Below are positions 51,206 to 60,615 of a stretch of DNA of 64,000 nt, piece after piece; position 1 is the stretch's first letter; each line of letters opens with the position of its first letter. Made by a program: the position numbers and the translations under genes. The notes below the pieces were generated by a model. It was not told the DNA's origin and searched no databases. It saw only the letters and a list, made by a program, of their open reading frames with translations. The DNA is taken from positions 1,696,001 to 1,760,000 of the forward strand of contig OZ252244.1 of the NCBI GenBank assembly GCA_965249575.1. Reading direction: 5' to 3'. This DNA comes from Gemmatimonadales bacterium (lineage in GTDB: Bacteria; Gemmatimonadota; Gemmatimonadetes; Gemmatimonadales; GWC2-71-9).

Positions 51206-53593
51206 ATGACCGATCGCCGCGACTTCATCAAGACCGTGATCGTGGGCACCGTGGGCGGCTCGTTGGGCTGCCGGTTTGCTGGAGGAAACGGAGACGGAGC
51301 CGGTGAGTTCGACGGGATGCTCGCCGGCGAGACGGTTACGGCGCAGAGCGAGCGCCATGACGTGTGCCACCAGGTGCGTGACGGGGCAAGCCTGCCGGTG
51401 CCACCCGCGGAGCGTTCGGTCGACGCGGTGATCGTCGGGTGCGGGTTGAGCGGGCTGACGGCAGCGTACCGGCTCCTGGACGCCGACATTCTTTGCCTCG
51501 AGAACGAGCCGTGGGTCGGGGGGAACGCCCGCGTCGCGACGTGGGACGGGTTTCCCTACTCGGTGGGAGCGTTCTTCACGCACTCCATGTCCACGCCTAT
51601 GAAGCTCTACGAGGAGGTCGGCCTCGAGCTCCAAGAGCGGCACTCGATGTTCTTCGACGCGACACAACCCATCATGTACGACGACCGCATCGTGCACGAT
51701 CGGTGGGGCGAGGGGTTTCAGGAGTTGAACCCGCGGTCGAGCTGGAGCAGCTGGGACCGTTTCAAGGAGGACATGCTCGCGATCGACGCCTACGCTCGGC
51801 AAGAGGAGCTGGACCGGATTCCATTCCGCGATCTGCTCGGCCCGTACGAGCCGGAGGTGGTGCGCTGGTTCGACCTGACCGCCGAGTTCATGGGCGGGAC
51901 GAGCGCCGAGCTGTCCGCCTATGCCGGGGTACTCTACACCAGGGTGTTCAACGGCGAAGGGCTAGGCCTCCTGCTCACGCAGCGCCAGGCCGATCACGGT
52001 CACTACTGGTTTCCCGGCGGCCTCGGACCCGCGTCGAAACGGCTCGCCGAGCGGGTGGAGGAGGCGGGTGCGGGGCGTATCGTCACGTCGGCGTCGGTCT
52101 ATCGTATCGCGAACGCCGGTGACCAGGTACACGTGAGCTACATGCTGGACGGCGAGCCCCACACTTTGAGCGCGGGCGTCTGCATCGTCGCGTGCCAGAA
52201 GTTCATGGCCCGGCACATCGTGGCCGATCTCCCGCGCGACCAAGACGCGGCGATGCAGTCGTACCGGTACCATCCGTACCTGGCGCTCCTCATGGGGTTC
52301 AAAGAGCCGGTGGAACTCTCGCGCGCTCAGATACTCTCACCGCTTGCTGGCGGCATGGGAGCCGGCAGGCCCCGTGAAGACGGGAGGATGATTGCCCGCA
52401 CCATCGTCCCCGTCCGGCCGGAACGCCGCGGCGAGCTGCTCACAGAGGAGGGGATCCGCGCGGTCGGGGAGCGACTGACCGGCGCGCTCGACTCCGCGCC
52501 CGGCGCCGTCTCAGTCTCTGCTACCGCTGTGGATCTCTCCAGCAACATGTCTTCAGCGGCAACAGTCGACTTCACGATTCTTCCCGGGTGGCTTCAACTC
52601 GGCCCATCCCAAGGCGGCGTCACCGACGTGGCGATCGCTAGCGACGGCGCGAGCCTATACCGCTTCTACTGCATACCGGTCGACATCTGCGACGAGGGAC
52701 GGCTCGATCGCTGGAGCGGCGGCGCGTGGACGACGATCGCACACCCTACCAACCAGTGCCACCAACCCGACATCGAGGTCGAGGGTTCATTGTGGGTAGC
52801 CAGCTTCGCCGATGACAGCCCAGACTATGGATTCGCCAGCAATGCCAACGGACCCACGGTGGTCTTTACTGGCATTTTCCTGGTGCACCAGTGGGGCATG
52901 GACGTCGCGATCGCTCAGGGCCGGCCGTACATGGCGTTCGCGGCTCGCTACTCCGATGGGAACCCATTCAACTACATGATGCTGCACGTCATCAGTCCGA
53001 TCCCGGCCGGCGCCCCGGCTAGGCTCAGGGGCGGCTGGGGTGGGGTCGTGGGACAGGACATCGCGACTGACCCGGCGATTGCCGGCGATGCCAACGGCTG
53101 GTATGCCGTCACCCGCCAGGGTCCCAATCTGTATGTGAAGAAGGGTTACCGAGGGGCCACCCAGACTTTCTACGAGAACATCGGCGCGGGTTTCTCATTC
53201 AGTGGCGATCCCACGAAGCCGGAGATCATCGTCTATCAGGGAGGGCCGGTAGTTGCCTGGATGGAGGACGGCCAGACATCACTGCACCTCGCCCGGTTCG
53301 ACGGCGCGAACTGGATCGCCTTCGGGACGGATCAGGTCGCGAGCGGCATCTTCGGCCGAGTGAGGATGGACGTACTGGGTGACGACTTGTACGTGGTGGA
53401 CGCCAAATCGTCGGCTTCACCGCGGCTCACGGTGAGCCACTATGACGGTGCCAACTGGACCGAGCTACCCGACGCGTTGAGCGCTATCGACAACCCGACC
53501 TCGAGCCGTGGGGACATCGCAGTGACGGACACGGGGCCGGTGGTGGCGTATATCAGCGGTGGGGTACTCAGGATCAAGAAGTATTTTCCGTAG
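51206..53593 (+). CDS. Chimeric ORF: Tat FAD amine-oxidoreductase N-part fused to Ig-like tail + beta-propeller
   Basis: DRRDFIK, GCGLSG, LENEPWVGG up to ~52490. An unrelated beta-rich sequence follows, with a visible codon-usage change. Confidence 0.65.
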   Translation: MTDRRDFIKTVIVGTVGGSLGCRFAGGNGDGAGEFDGMLAGETVTAQSERHDVCHQVRDGASLPVPPAERSVDAVIVGCGLSGLTAAYRLLDADILCLENEPWVGGNARVATWDGFPYSVGAFFTHSMSTPMKLYEEVGLELQERHSMFFDATQPIMYDDRIVHDRWGEGFQELNPRSSWSSWDRFKEDMLAIDAYARQEELDRIPFRDLLGPYEPEVVRWFDLTAEFMGGTSAELSAYAGVLYTRVFNGEGLGLLLTQRQADHGHYWFPGGLGPASKRLAERVEEAGAGRIVTSASVYRIANAGDQVHVSYMLDGEPHTLSAGVCIVACQKFMARHIVADLPRDQDAAMQSYRYHPYLALLMGFKEPVELSRAQILSPLAGGMGAGRPREDGRMIARTIVPVRPERRGELLTEEGIRAVGERLTGALDSAPGAVSVSATAVDLSSNMSSAATVDFTILPGWLQLGPSQGGVTDVAIASDGASLYRFYCIPVDICDEGRLDRWSGGAWTTIAHPTNQCHQPDIEVEGSLWVASFADDSPDYGFASNANGPTVVFTGIFLVHQWGMDVAIAQGRPYMAFAARYSDGNPFNYMMLHVISPIPAGAPARLRGGWGGVVGQDIATDPAIAGDANGWYAVTRQGPNLYVKKGYRGATQTFYENIGAGFSFSGDPTKPEIIVYQGGPVVAWMEDGQTSLHLARFDGANWIAFGTDQVASGIFGRVRMDVLGDDLYVVDAKSSASPRLTVSHYDGANWTELPDALSAIDNPTSSRGDIAVTDTGPVVAYISGGVLRIKKYFP

Positions 53594-53631
53594 CAGGGAC
53601 TGCTCACTGGGAGCAGGGTGGGGCGGCGGGG

Positions 53632-55374
53632 CTACGCGCCCACCGCCCGCGAAGTCTCAGTCTTCGGCAACCGGGCCCTCGGCGCCCACAGGTCCAGCGC
53701 GAGCCGCATGACGACGTAGAGAACGGCCATGAGGCTCACGAGGATGACCGCGAGGGATGCACTCTGCGGAGTGAGGCCTTCGCCCCAGAGAAAGTAGATG
53801 CGCTGCGAGAGCGTGGCGGTCTCGGGCGTTCCGGTTCCCAGAAACAGCGGCGTCAACAGGTCGCGCATGCTCGCCATCCAGAGCAGGAGAAACGTCGCGA
53901 CGGCGACGGGACGGATGACGGGGACAGTGATCCGCCGCAGCATGGTGAAGGTCCCCGCGCCGCACGTGCGCGCGGCTTCCTCGAGCTCGGGCCGAATCTG
54001 ACTCAGGCCGTCCCGCAGGTGCTGAACCCCCAGCGGTAAGAACCGCGAGATCTGGCAGATGATGATGATCCAGACGGTTCCATACAGAACCAGCGGCGGC
54101 CGGAGCCACGCCCACGCCACCCCGACCACGAAGGCGACACCGGGCACGGCGATGGGGAACGTGGCGATGAACGACAGCAAGTCCTTGAGCGGGCCGCGCC
54201 CGCGCAGATCGAGGTAAGCGACCAGCAACGCGATGAGCCCGGTCGCGGCGGACATGACGAACGCCACCTGGAGCGTGTTCCAGAAGATCTCGTGAAACAC
54301 CGGGCTCCCGAAGTGATCCAGGTAGTGTCGTAGGGTCAGGTTCGACAGGGAGAAGCTGCGGTAAATGTTAGCCGACAGCGACAGCACGGCGAGGGTGACG
54401 TAAGGGACGACGAGCGCAAACGCGAGCACCGCCAGATTGAAGGCCGCGAGCGGATACTTCATCCACCCAACCTCGATCTGCACCGAGCGGTGTCCCTTGC
54501 CGGCGATCACCTGGAACCGGCCGCCGTGGTGCCGCCGCGCCACGCGCAGCCCGACCCACACGGCGAGCCCTGCGGTGATGGCGAAGAATACGGCGATCGC
54601 CGCCGAAAGGCCCAGATCCGGGGGTGGCGTGTTGAGGAGTCGATAGAGATACGTCGCGAAGACGTAGATCTTGCCCGGCGTTCCGAGAATCGCGGGAATG
54701 GAAAAGCTCTCCCAGAGAATCACGATCGAGAAGACGATGCTCGTGACCATCGCCGGTGTGACCAACGGCAGCGTCACCCGACGGAGCATCTTCCATGGCG
54801 AGGCCCCCGCGGTGAGCGCCGCCTCCTCGTAGCTGCTGTCGACGCTCTCCAGCGCGGCGCTCAGCGTGAGATACAGATAGGGATAGAGAAACAGCGCCGC
54901 GACGAAAATCATGCTCGGCATCGAGAACGCGTTGAACGGCTTTACACCGAACAGTGCGTCCATCCACTTGTTGAACGTCCCGGCTTGCGGTGAGAGTAGC
55001 CAGGCATAGGCCATGGCGGTGATCCACGGCGGATTGACGAACGCGATGATGCTCGCCGAGCGGACCAAGCCCGCGAATGGGGTGCTGAGGCGCGTGGTGC
55101 TCAGGGCGGAGACGGCCGCCATCGCCATGCCGAGGATGAGGGAGCAGAGGCTGAACACCATGGAGTTCTTCATGGCGTCGATGGGACCGAGCCCCCGGAA
55201 GACCGACCGGTAGTTCTCGAGGGTGAGGCCGGTCTCTCCCTCGAGGCTCCCGAGCGCCAGCCACATCATGGGGTAGACGGTGACGACGCCTACGGCGAGT
55301 AGCCCAAGCAATACCGCGGTCGTCAGCCCGTCCGGGCGCCACCGGCTCCCGAGCGCGGCGATCCCTGTCGTCAC
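53632..55374 (-). CDS. ABC transporter permease (FbpB/ThiP-like, duplicated TMD)
   Basis: Two EAA loops (YEEAALTAGAS, LEEAARTCGA) and many TM segments. Confidence 0.9.
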   Translation of the reverse strand: MTTGIAALGSRWRPDGLTTAVLLGLLAVGVVTVYPMMWLALGSLEGETGLTLENYRSVFRGLGPIDAMKNSMVFSLCSLILGMAMAAVSALSTTRLSTPFAGLVRSASIIAFVNPPWITAMAYAWLLSPQAGTFNKWMDALFGVKPFNAFSMPSMIFVAALFLYPYLYLTLSAALESVDSSYEEAALTAGASPWKMLRRVTLPLVTPAMVTSIVFSIVILWESFSIPAILGTPGKIYVFATYLYRLLNTPPPDLGLSAAIAVFFAITAGLAVWVGLRVARRHHGGRFQVIAGKGHRSVQIEVGWMKYPLAAFNLAVLAFALVVPYVTLAVLSLSANIYRSFSLSNLTLRHYLDHFGSPVFHEIFWNTLQVAFVMSAATGLIALLVAYLDLRGRGPLKDLLSFIATFPIAVPGVAFVVGVAWAWLRPPLVLYGTVWIIIICQISRFLPLGVQHLRDGLSQIRPELEEAARTCGAGTFTMLRRITVPVIRPVAVATFLLLWMASMRDLLTPLFLGTGTPETATLSQRIYFLWGEGLTPQSASLAVILVSLMAVLYVVMRLALDLWAPRARLPKTETSRAVGA

Positions 55375-55562
55375 CGAGACCTACGCGATCGGCTCATCGC
55401 ACCGGTGCATTGAATCTTAAAGACTCCTTTCATCCATTCTTCACGCTCGTTTGACCGTTGCCGTGGCAAACCTCGGAGTGCAGTTTCAAGGCTCGCGCGA
55501 TCCAGGGTACCCCCGTCGGGAACCGCAGACAAGCCGTGCCCGGTGGGCTCAAGGGAGTCCAT

Positions 55563-57188
55563 ATGCCTTCGAACCAAACCGTCGCCGGGCGGCCGCAGTC
55601 AGTGCTACTGCTGCCACTGGTTCTCATCCTGCTCCTGGGCGGGCTCACCGGGCTATCGCCGATCAGCGGCAACTCGACGCTCGTCTGGTCATTCTGGGGC
55701 ACTGCCGGTGCGCTGGCCATGTGGCTCCTCATCCTGGCGACCCGGACGTCGCTATCGGGCCAGAAGCTCGAGATCGCGTCCGGCGTGAAACGATCGCACT
55801 GGGTGCAGGCGATCGTCCAGCTCTGCGTGTACGCCTACTGGGGCTGGTACTGGCCCGAGGTCTACGCCCATTGGCTCCACATCTTGGCCCAGATCGTCTT
55901 CGCCTACGTCTTCGACATGCTGCTCTCGTGGTCGAGACGCGGCCAATGGTCTCTCGGCTTCGGGCAGTGGCCGATCATCTTGGCCACGAACCTGTTCCTA
56001 TGGTTCCGCGACGACTGGTTCTACCTGCAGTTCGTGCTGGTGGCGGTGGGCTACCTCGGCAAGGAACTGATCCGCTGGGAGCGGGACGGCCGGCGCGCCC
56101 ACATCTTCAACCCCTCGGCGTTCTCGCTGAGCGCGTTCTCGCTGGTGCTGCTCGCTACCGGCGGTACCGGGATCACGTGGGGACGCGAGATCGCCGATAC
56201 GCTGCTCGCGCCCGAACACATCTATCTCGAGATCTTCCTGCTGGGGCTGGTCGTGCAGGCCCTGTTCTTCGTCACGCTGACGACCGCTTCGGCGGGGGCG
56301 CTGCTGTTCGCGGCCAGCCTGCTCTACAAGAGCGTCACCGGTCTCTACTTCTTCGGCGATTCGACGATCCCGATCGCAGTCTTCATCGGGTTGCACCTGC
56401 TCGTCACCGACCCGGCCACGTCCCCGCGGACCAACCTGGGCCGCGTGATCTTCGGCGGCCTCTACGGGGCTAGCGTGTTCGGCATTTACGGACTGCTGGA
56501 CTGGCTCGGCGAGCCCACATTCTACGACAAGCTCCTGTGCGTGCCGTTAATGAACCTCGCGGTCAAGTCGCTTGACCGCTTCGCCACCGGCACGGCGCTC
56601 GAACGTCTGGACTTCGGCCGCCTCGGGCGCGGGATGACGCCGTGGCAGCTCAACATTGGCCACATGGCGATCTGGGCGGCGATCTTCGGCGGAGCCTACG
56701 CCACGGGCCACGCCGGCGCCGAGCATGAGGCCCGCGATCCGGCGTTCTGGGAGCAGGCTTGCGAAGGGGGAGCGGGGTCGCAGCGGGCCTGCGAGACACT
56801 GGTGACGATTCACTCAAGCTACTGCGCGCAGGGCCTGCCCAACTCGTGCAACCAACTGGGAGTAGCTCTGAGCAAGGGGGAGATCGCGTCGTTCGACGCG
56901 CCGCGTGCCGCCCTCGCCTTCGACCGCGCGTGCGACCTCGGCTTCGAGGTGGGCTGCTCCAACCTCGAGCGCCTCCGCGAATGGCGATACGAAACGGTCA
57001 TACAGCTCGAGACGGCCTGCGGGGACGGTGACGCTGCGAGCTGTGTGAGCCTCGCGCAGATGCTGTACAGCGGGGACGGCGTGCCGCCCGACGAGGAACG
57101 CGCAATCGATGTACTCCGCAGAGCGTGCGACCTGGGACATCAGGGGGGGTGTCAGATGGTAGATGAAGCTGTGCGTGCGAGGCGGTAG
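55563..57188 (+). CDS. Stand-alone RnfD/NqrB-like membrane protein with C-terminal Cys-rich Sel1-like repeats
   Basis: RBS AAGGGAG. HIFNPS and LLVTDPATSP motifs in a multi-TM region, then repeated ACDLG..GC..L units. Confidence 0.7.
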   Translation: MPSNQTVAGRPQSVLLLPLVLILLLGGLTGLSPISGNSTLVWSFWGTAGALAMWLLILATRTSLSGQKLEIASGVKRSHWVQAIVQLCVYAYWGWYWPEVYAHWLHILAQIVFAYVFDMLLSWSRRGQWSLGFGQWPIILATNLFLWFRDDWFYLQFVLVAVGYLGKELIRWERDGRRAHIFNPSAFSLSAFSLVLLATGGTGITWGREIADTLLAPEHIYLEIFLLGLVVQALFFVTLTTASAGALLFAASLLYKSVTGLYFFGDSTIPIAVFIGLHLLVTDPATSPRTNLGRVIFGGLYGASVFGIYGLLDWLGEPTFYDKLLCVPLMNLAVKSLDRFATGTALERLDFGRLGRGMTPWQLNIGHMAIWAAIFGGAYATGHAGAEHEARDPAFWEQACEGGAGSQRACETLVTIHSSYCAQGLPNSCNQLGVALSKGEIASFDAPRAALAFDRACDLGFEVGCSNLERLREWRYETVIQLETACGDGDAASCVSLAQMLYSGDGVPPDEERAIDVLRRACDLGHQGGCQMVDEAVRARR

Positions 57189-57274
57189 TGGGATAGTGGG
57201 TGGTGAGTGGATCGGGAACTCGCGGCTGAGAGCCGCGACTCGGCTGGTCCATCGCTGAAAGCTACGATCACCAC

Positions 57275-58387
57275 TCACCACTCACCTCTCGACTCCCGGG
57301 GCAACATCATCACGTCCTCGGGCGCGAGCGTCACTTCCACTTCCTCTCCCGGGCGCCAGTCGTTGCCGCCGGAGTCTCTCGCGTTGAGCGTCAGGTCACC
57401 GACCTGCACCAGGCAATCGACTTCCTCTCCGAGAAACGTCACGCGGGTAATTCGGCCCGGCAAAGCGTCCGGCGAGCTGCCGGCGGTCTGCTGGTGGAGC
57501 GTGACGCGGCTCGGGCGAATGGCGATCCAGACCTCGTCCTTCACCGCGCCCTCGCCGGTTGCCACGATGGGCCGCGGGATGCCGGCGAGCGCGACCTCGA
57601 CGCGGCCACCGTCTCGCACCGCGACGATCTCGCCCGCGAGGCGGTTGGAGACACCCAGGAAATCGGCGACGAAGGGATGCTCGGGCTCGGTGAAGATCTC
57701 GCGCGGCGCGCCCTGCCGCAGGATGATCCCGTTTCGCAAGACGATCACGTGATCGGAGAGCGCCATGGCCTCCGCCTGATCGTGCGTCACGTAGATCGCG
57801 GTGAGGCCAAAGCGCTGCTGCACGTCCCGCAGCTCGAAGCGCATGGCCTCGCGCAGCCGAGCGTCGAGATTTGCCAGCGGCTCGTCGAGCAGCAGCACGC
57901 GCGGCCGGTAGACCAGCGCGCGGGCGAGCACGACCCGCTGCTGCTGTCCCCCGCTCAGCTCCGAAGGATAGCGCTCCTGGTAGCCTTCCATCCCCACGCT
58001 CCGGAGCACCTCAAGGACTCGCTTTTTGAGCGCGGCCCGCTCGTCGGATTTCTTCTTGTTCAGCTCGAGCGCTAGCGCCACGTTGGCGAACACGGTCAAG
58101 TGCGGCCAGATCGCGTACGACTGGAACACCATGCCGACCGCCCTCTTCTCGACCGGAACCGACTCGCCAGTCGCGCCATCGTGCACGACTTCGTCGCCGA
58201 TGACGATTCGGCCGGCCGACGGCGTCTCAAGCCCCGCGATGCAGCGGAGGATGGTGGTTTTCCCGCAGCCACTGGGCCCCAAGAGCGTGACGATCCGGCC
58301 TTCGCGCGCGGTAAAGGACACGCCGTCCACCGCGCGGCCTTCGCGACCGAACTCCTTCGTCAGGCGCTCGACCCTGACCTCAGCCAT
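57275..58387 (-). CDS. ABC transporter ATP-binding protein (FbpC/PotA-like with TOBE)
   Basis: GPSGCGKT, LSGGQQQR, LLLDEP, VTHDQ. Confidence 0.93.
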   Translation of the reverse strand: MAEVRVERLTKEFGREGRAVDGVSFTAREGRIVTLLGPSGCGKTTILRCIAGLETPSAGRIVIGDEVVHDGATGESVPVEKRAVGMVFQSYAIWPHLTVFANVALALELNKKKSDERAALKKRVLEVLRSVGMEGYQERYPSELSGGQQQRVVLARALVYRPRVLLLDEPLANLDARLREAMRFELRDVQQRFGLTAIYVTHDQAEAMALSDHVIVLRNGIILRQGAPREIFTEPEHPFVADFLGVSNRLAGEIVAVRDGGRVEVALAGIPRPIVATGEGAVKDEVWIAIRPSRVTLHQQTAGSSPDALPGRITRVTFLGEEVDCLVQVGDLTLNARDSGGNDWRPGEEVEVTLAPEDVMMLPRESRGEW

Positions 58388-58455
58388 TTAGTGGAACCGG
58401 GGGATGTATGACGGCGCGGCGCGCGGTTACGAACGCCGCGGCCGGCGACGACGGG

Positions 58456-59538
58456 TCAGCGGGGGAGGGATCGCCACAGCTTGATGATCCGCTCGCGGTT
58501 GTCGTTGAAAGTTTCGGCGTCGATGGAGACCGGGTCCAGCGCTTCCAACTCCGGGAAACCTTCCGGAGGCCCAACCCCCTCCACCACCGGATAGGCCTTC
58601 AACTTCTGGGCGACCCCTTCCTGATGAGATTGCGAGAGCAGGAAGTTCACAAACAGCCGCGCCGCATTGGGGTGTGGTGCTAGCTCCGGCACGATAGCCC
58701 AGTACGTATCGACCTTGGTGCCCTTCACCCAGCGGTAAGCCAGAGGGGCTCCAGCCTGGATCTGCGCCGCCGGCGAGGTCTGGCTCATCGGTCCCAGGAG
58801 CCGCTCGCCCCGCGCGATGAAGTTGGCGGCTTCGACCTCTCGATCCGTCTCGAGGAGCTGATTCGCCGCGAACTTCTCGAGCCAGGACCTGCCGTACAGC
58901 CGCTCCCAGATGAAGATCAGACCCACGACGTTCGAGGAATTCTCTGGGCTCCCCATCGTGATCTTACTCCGGTACCTGGGATCCACGAGCCCCTCATAAG
59001 TGTCCGGCACCTCGTCTTCGGCGATCAGCTCGCGGTTGTAGATGATGGGGACGACCAGAGCGACCATGGGATGCGCATTCGGACGGCGATCCCGATAGCG
59101 CGCCGCATAGTTCGTTTCGTTCGGGACCGTGAACTCCGCCAGCCGCTCGTCCGGCGGCGTGCTCGCCGCGATGCTCGACTCGATCTGAAGCACGTCGGCC
59201 AAATGCGCGCCCGCGGCCACCTCGGTGAGGTAGGTCTGGAGCGTTGGGGCCGATCCGCCCTTTCGGCTGTAGTTCACTCGGATCCCGGTCGCGTCCTCGA
59301 AGCGTCGGAACAGGTCTCCCTCCACCGCCTCCACGAACACGCTCCGCACCTGGACTTCGCCCTCCTCTTTCGCCGCCGCGACGATCGCCTGCCACGACTC
59401 GTCGCCGCGCGAGATCTCCTCCATGAGGGCCGCACCGTCAGCGCTGTTCGCCGTCTCATCGCCACCCGTGCAACCGATGACCACGAGCGGAATCAATAGA
59501 AGCAAGCCGAGTGTTAGACGCACGTGCCGATCTCCCAT
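58456..59538 (-). CDS. ABC extracellular solute-binding lipoprotein
   Basis: Lipobox VIGC, AAAKEEGEV, APHPNAARLFVNFLLS. Confidence 0.88.
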   Translation of the reverse strand: MGDRHVRLTLGLLLLIPLVVIGCTGGDETANSADGAALMEEISRGDESWQAIVAAAKEEGEVQVRSVFVEAVEGDLFRRFEDATGIRVNYSRKGGSAPTLQTYLTEVAAGAHLADVLQIESSIAASTPPDERLAEFTVPNETNYAARYRDRRPNAHPMVALVVPIIYNRELIAEDEVPDTYEGLVDPRYRSKITMGSPENSSNVVGLIFIWERLYGRSWLEKFAANQLLETDREVEAANFIARGERLLGPMSQTSPAAQIQAGAPLAYRWVKGTKVDTYWAIVPELAPHPNAARLFVNFLLSQSHQEGVAQKLKAYPVVEGVGPPEGFPELEALDPVSIDAETFNDNRERIIKLWRSLPR

Positions 59539-60402
59539 TCAGTCATCGAGGCCGAGTAGTCGCGCCGCGTTCTCGCCCAAGCAGCGCGAACGGATCTCAT
59601 CGCTATCGAAGTCGAGCGCCTTGAACTGCTCCACGCTCTGCTTCAGCGGACGCACCGGGTAGCTGCTCCCGAACAGCAGCCGGTAGCTCAAGAAGTAATT
59701 CGCCGAGCGCACGTACTGCTCCGCGCCCGGAGTGTTCGGGATGTGTCCGTAGAAATCCGGGATCAGGTAGATGTTCGGGTTCTGGAATGCTACCCCACAC
59801 ATCTCCGTCGTCCAAGGCCAGGCCGCGTGCGGCACCACGATCTTGAGCTGCTTGAACCGCTGGGCGACACGCTGGATGTGGACCGGCATGCAGTAGGTCA
59901 TGTCCGGCCCCACGAAGATGCTGCTCGTGATCGACACGATCAGCCCGTCGGCCATGCACTTCTCATATAAAGGAAAGAGCGACTCGTCGTCGTCGTAAAG
60001 CGGAGGGTCGCACCATCCGTTGTCCAGCGCGATCCCCTTGAACCCCAACCCGCGGCAGCGGTCGATCTCCGCTAGGGCCCCGTCGGTCTTGGATCCGTTT
60101 ACGCCCCCGAAGGCGACGAACCTCTTGGGATACGTCTCGACCAGCTCCGCCAGCTCCTCGTTCGGGATCCATCCGTATGGCGACGGCGACTGCCGGCCCA
60201 TCACCACGCCGACGTCGATCTTCGCCTCGTCCATCTCCTCGAGGAATGCCGAGATCGACTGTTCCTCCAACGACCGATACAGAGGCAAGTCCAGTCGCAG
60301 CCCGCTCACCGTTACCGGATCGTAATTCGCATCCCGCTTCCGGAAGATGTGCAGGTCGCAGAAGCTCTTGAATGGCGGACGGACTCGGAAATCGATGATC
60401 AT
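59539..60402 (-). CDS. Amidohydrolase_2-like protein lacking HxH motif
   Basis: IIDFRVRPP, PHAAWP, FGSSYP, GENAARLL. Confidence 0.8.
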   Translation of the reverse strand: MIIDFRVRPPFKSFCDLHIFRKRDANYDPVTVSGLRLDLPLYRSLEEQSISAFLEEMDEAKIDVGVVMGRQSPSPYGWIPNEELAELVETYPKRFVAFGGVNGSKTDGALAEIDRCRGLGFKGIALDNGWCDPPLYDDDESLFPLYEKCMADGLIVSITSSIFVGPDMTYCMPVHIQRVAQRFKQLKIVVPHAAWPWTTEMCGVAFQNPNIYLIPDFYGHIPNTPGAEQYVRSANYFLSYRLLFGSSYPVRPLKQSVEQFKALDFDSDEIRSRCLGENAARLLGLDD

Positions 60403-60615
60403 GGGGTAGGGGGTAGGGGTTAGCGGTTGGGACGGTGAGTCGTGAGTCGTGGGGACATCGCTTTGGGCACAAACCAGCCGAGCCGCCGCTCTTGGCCGCG
60501 CGCTCACAGTTATCGCACGACTCACCACTCACCCCCGCACTATCTTAACAGGCGGTCCCATCGCCCAACAGGGAATCCGTAGCCCAGGCAGTGTCCCGCA
60601 CTCTTTTGGAGATCC

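Noticed and set aside
23385..53630. CRISPR array interpretation of AGTGAGG repeats
   Set aside because: The units are degenerate, dispersed and inverted, with low-complexity spacers. There is no regular 25-40 nt repeat-spacer array and no cas gene.
55563..57188. Rnf/Nqr respiratory complex
   Set aside because: Only a D/B-like subunit is present, with no rnfABCEG or nqrACDEF neighbours.
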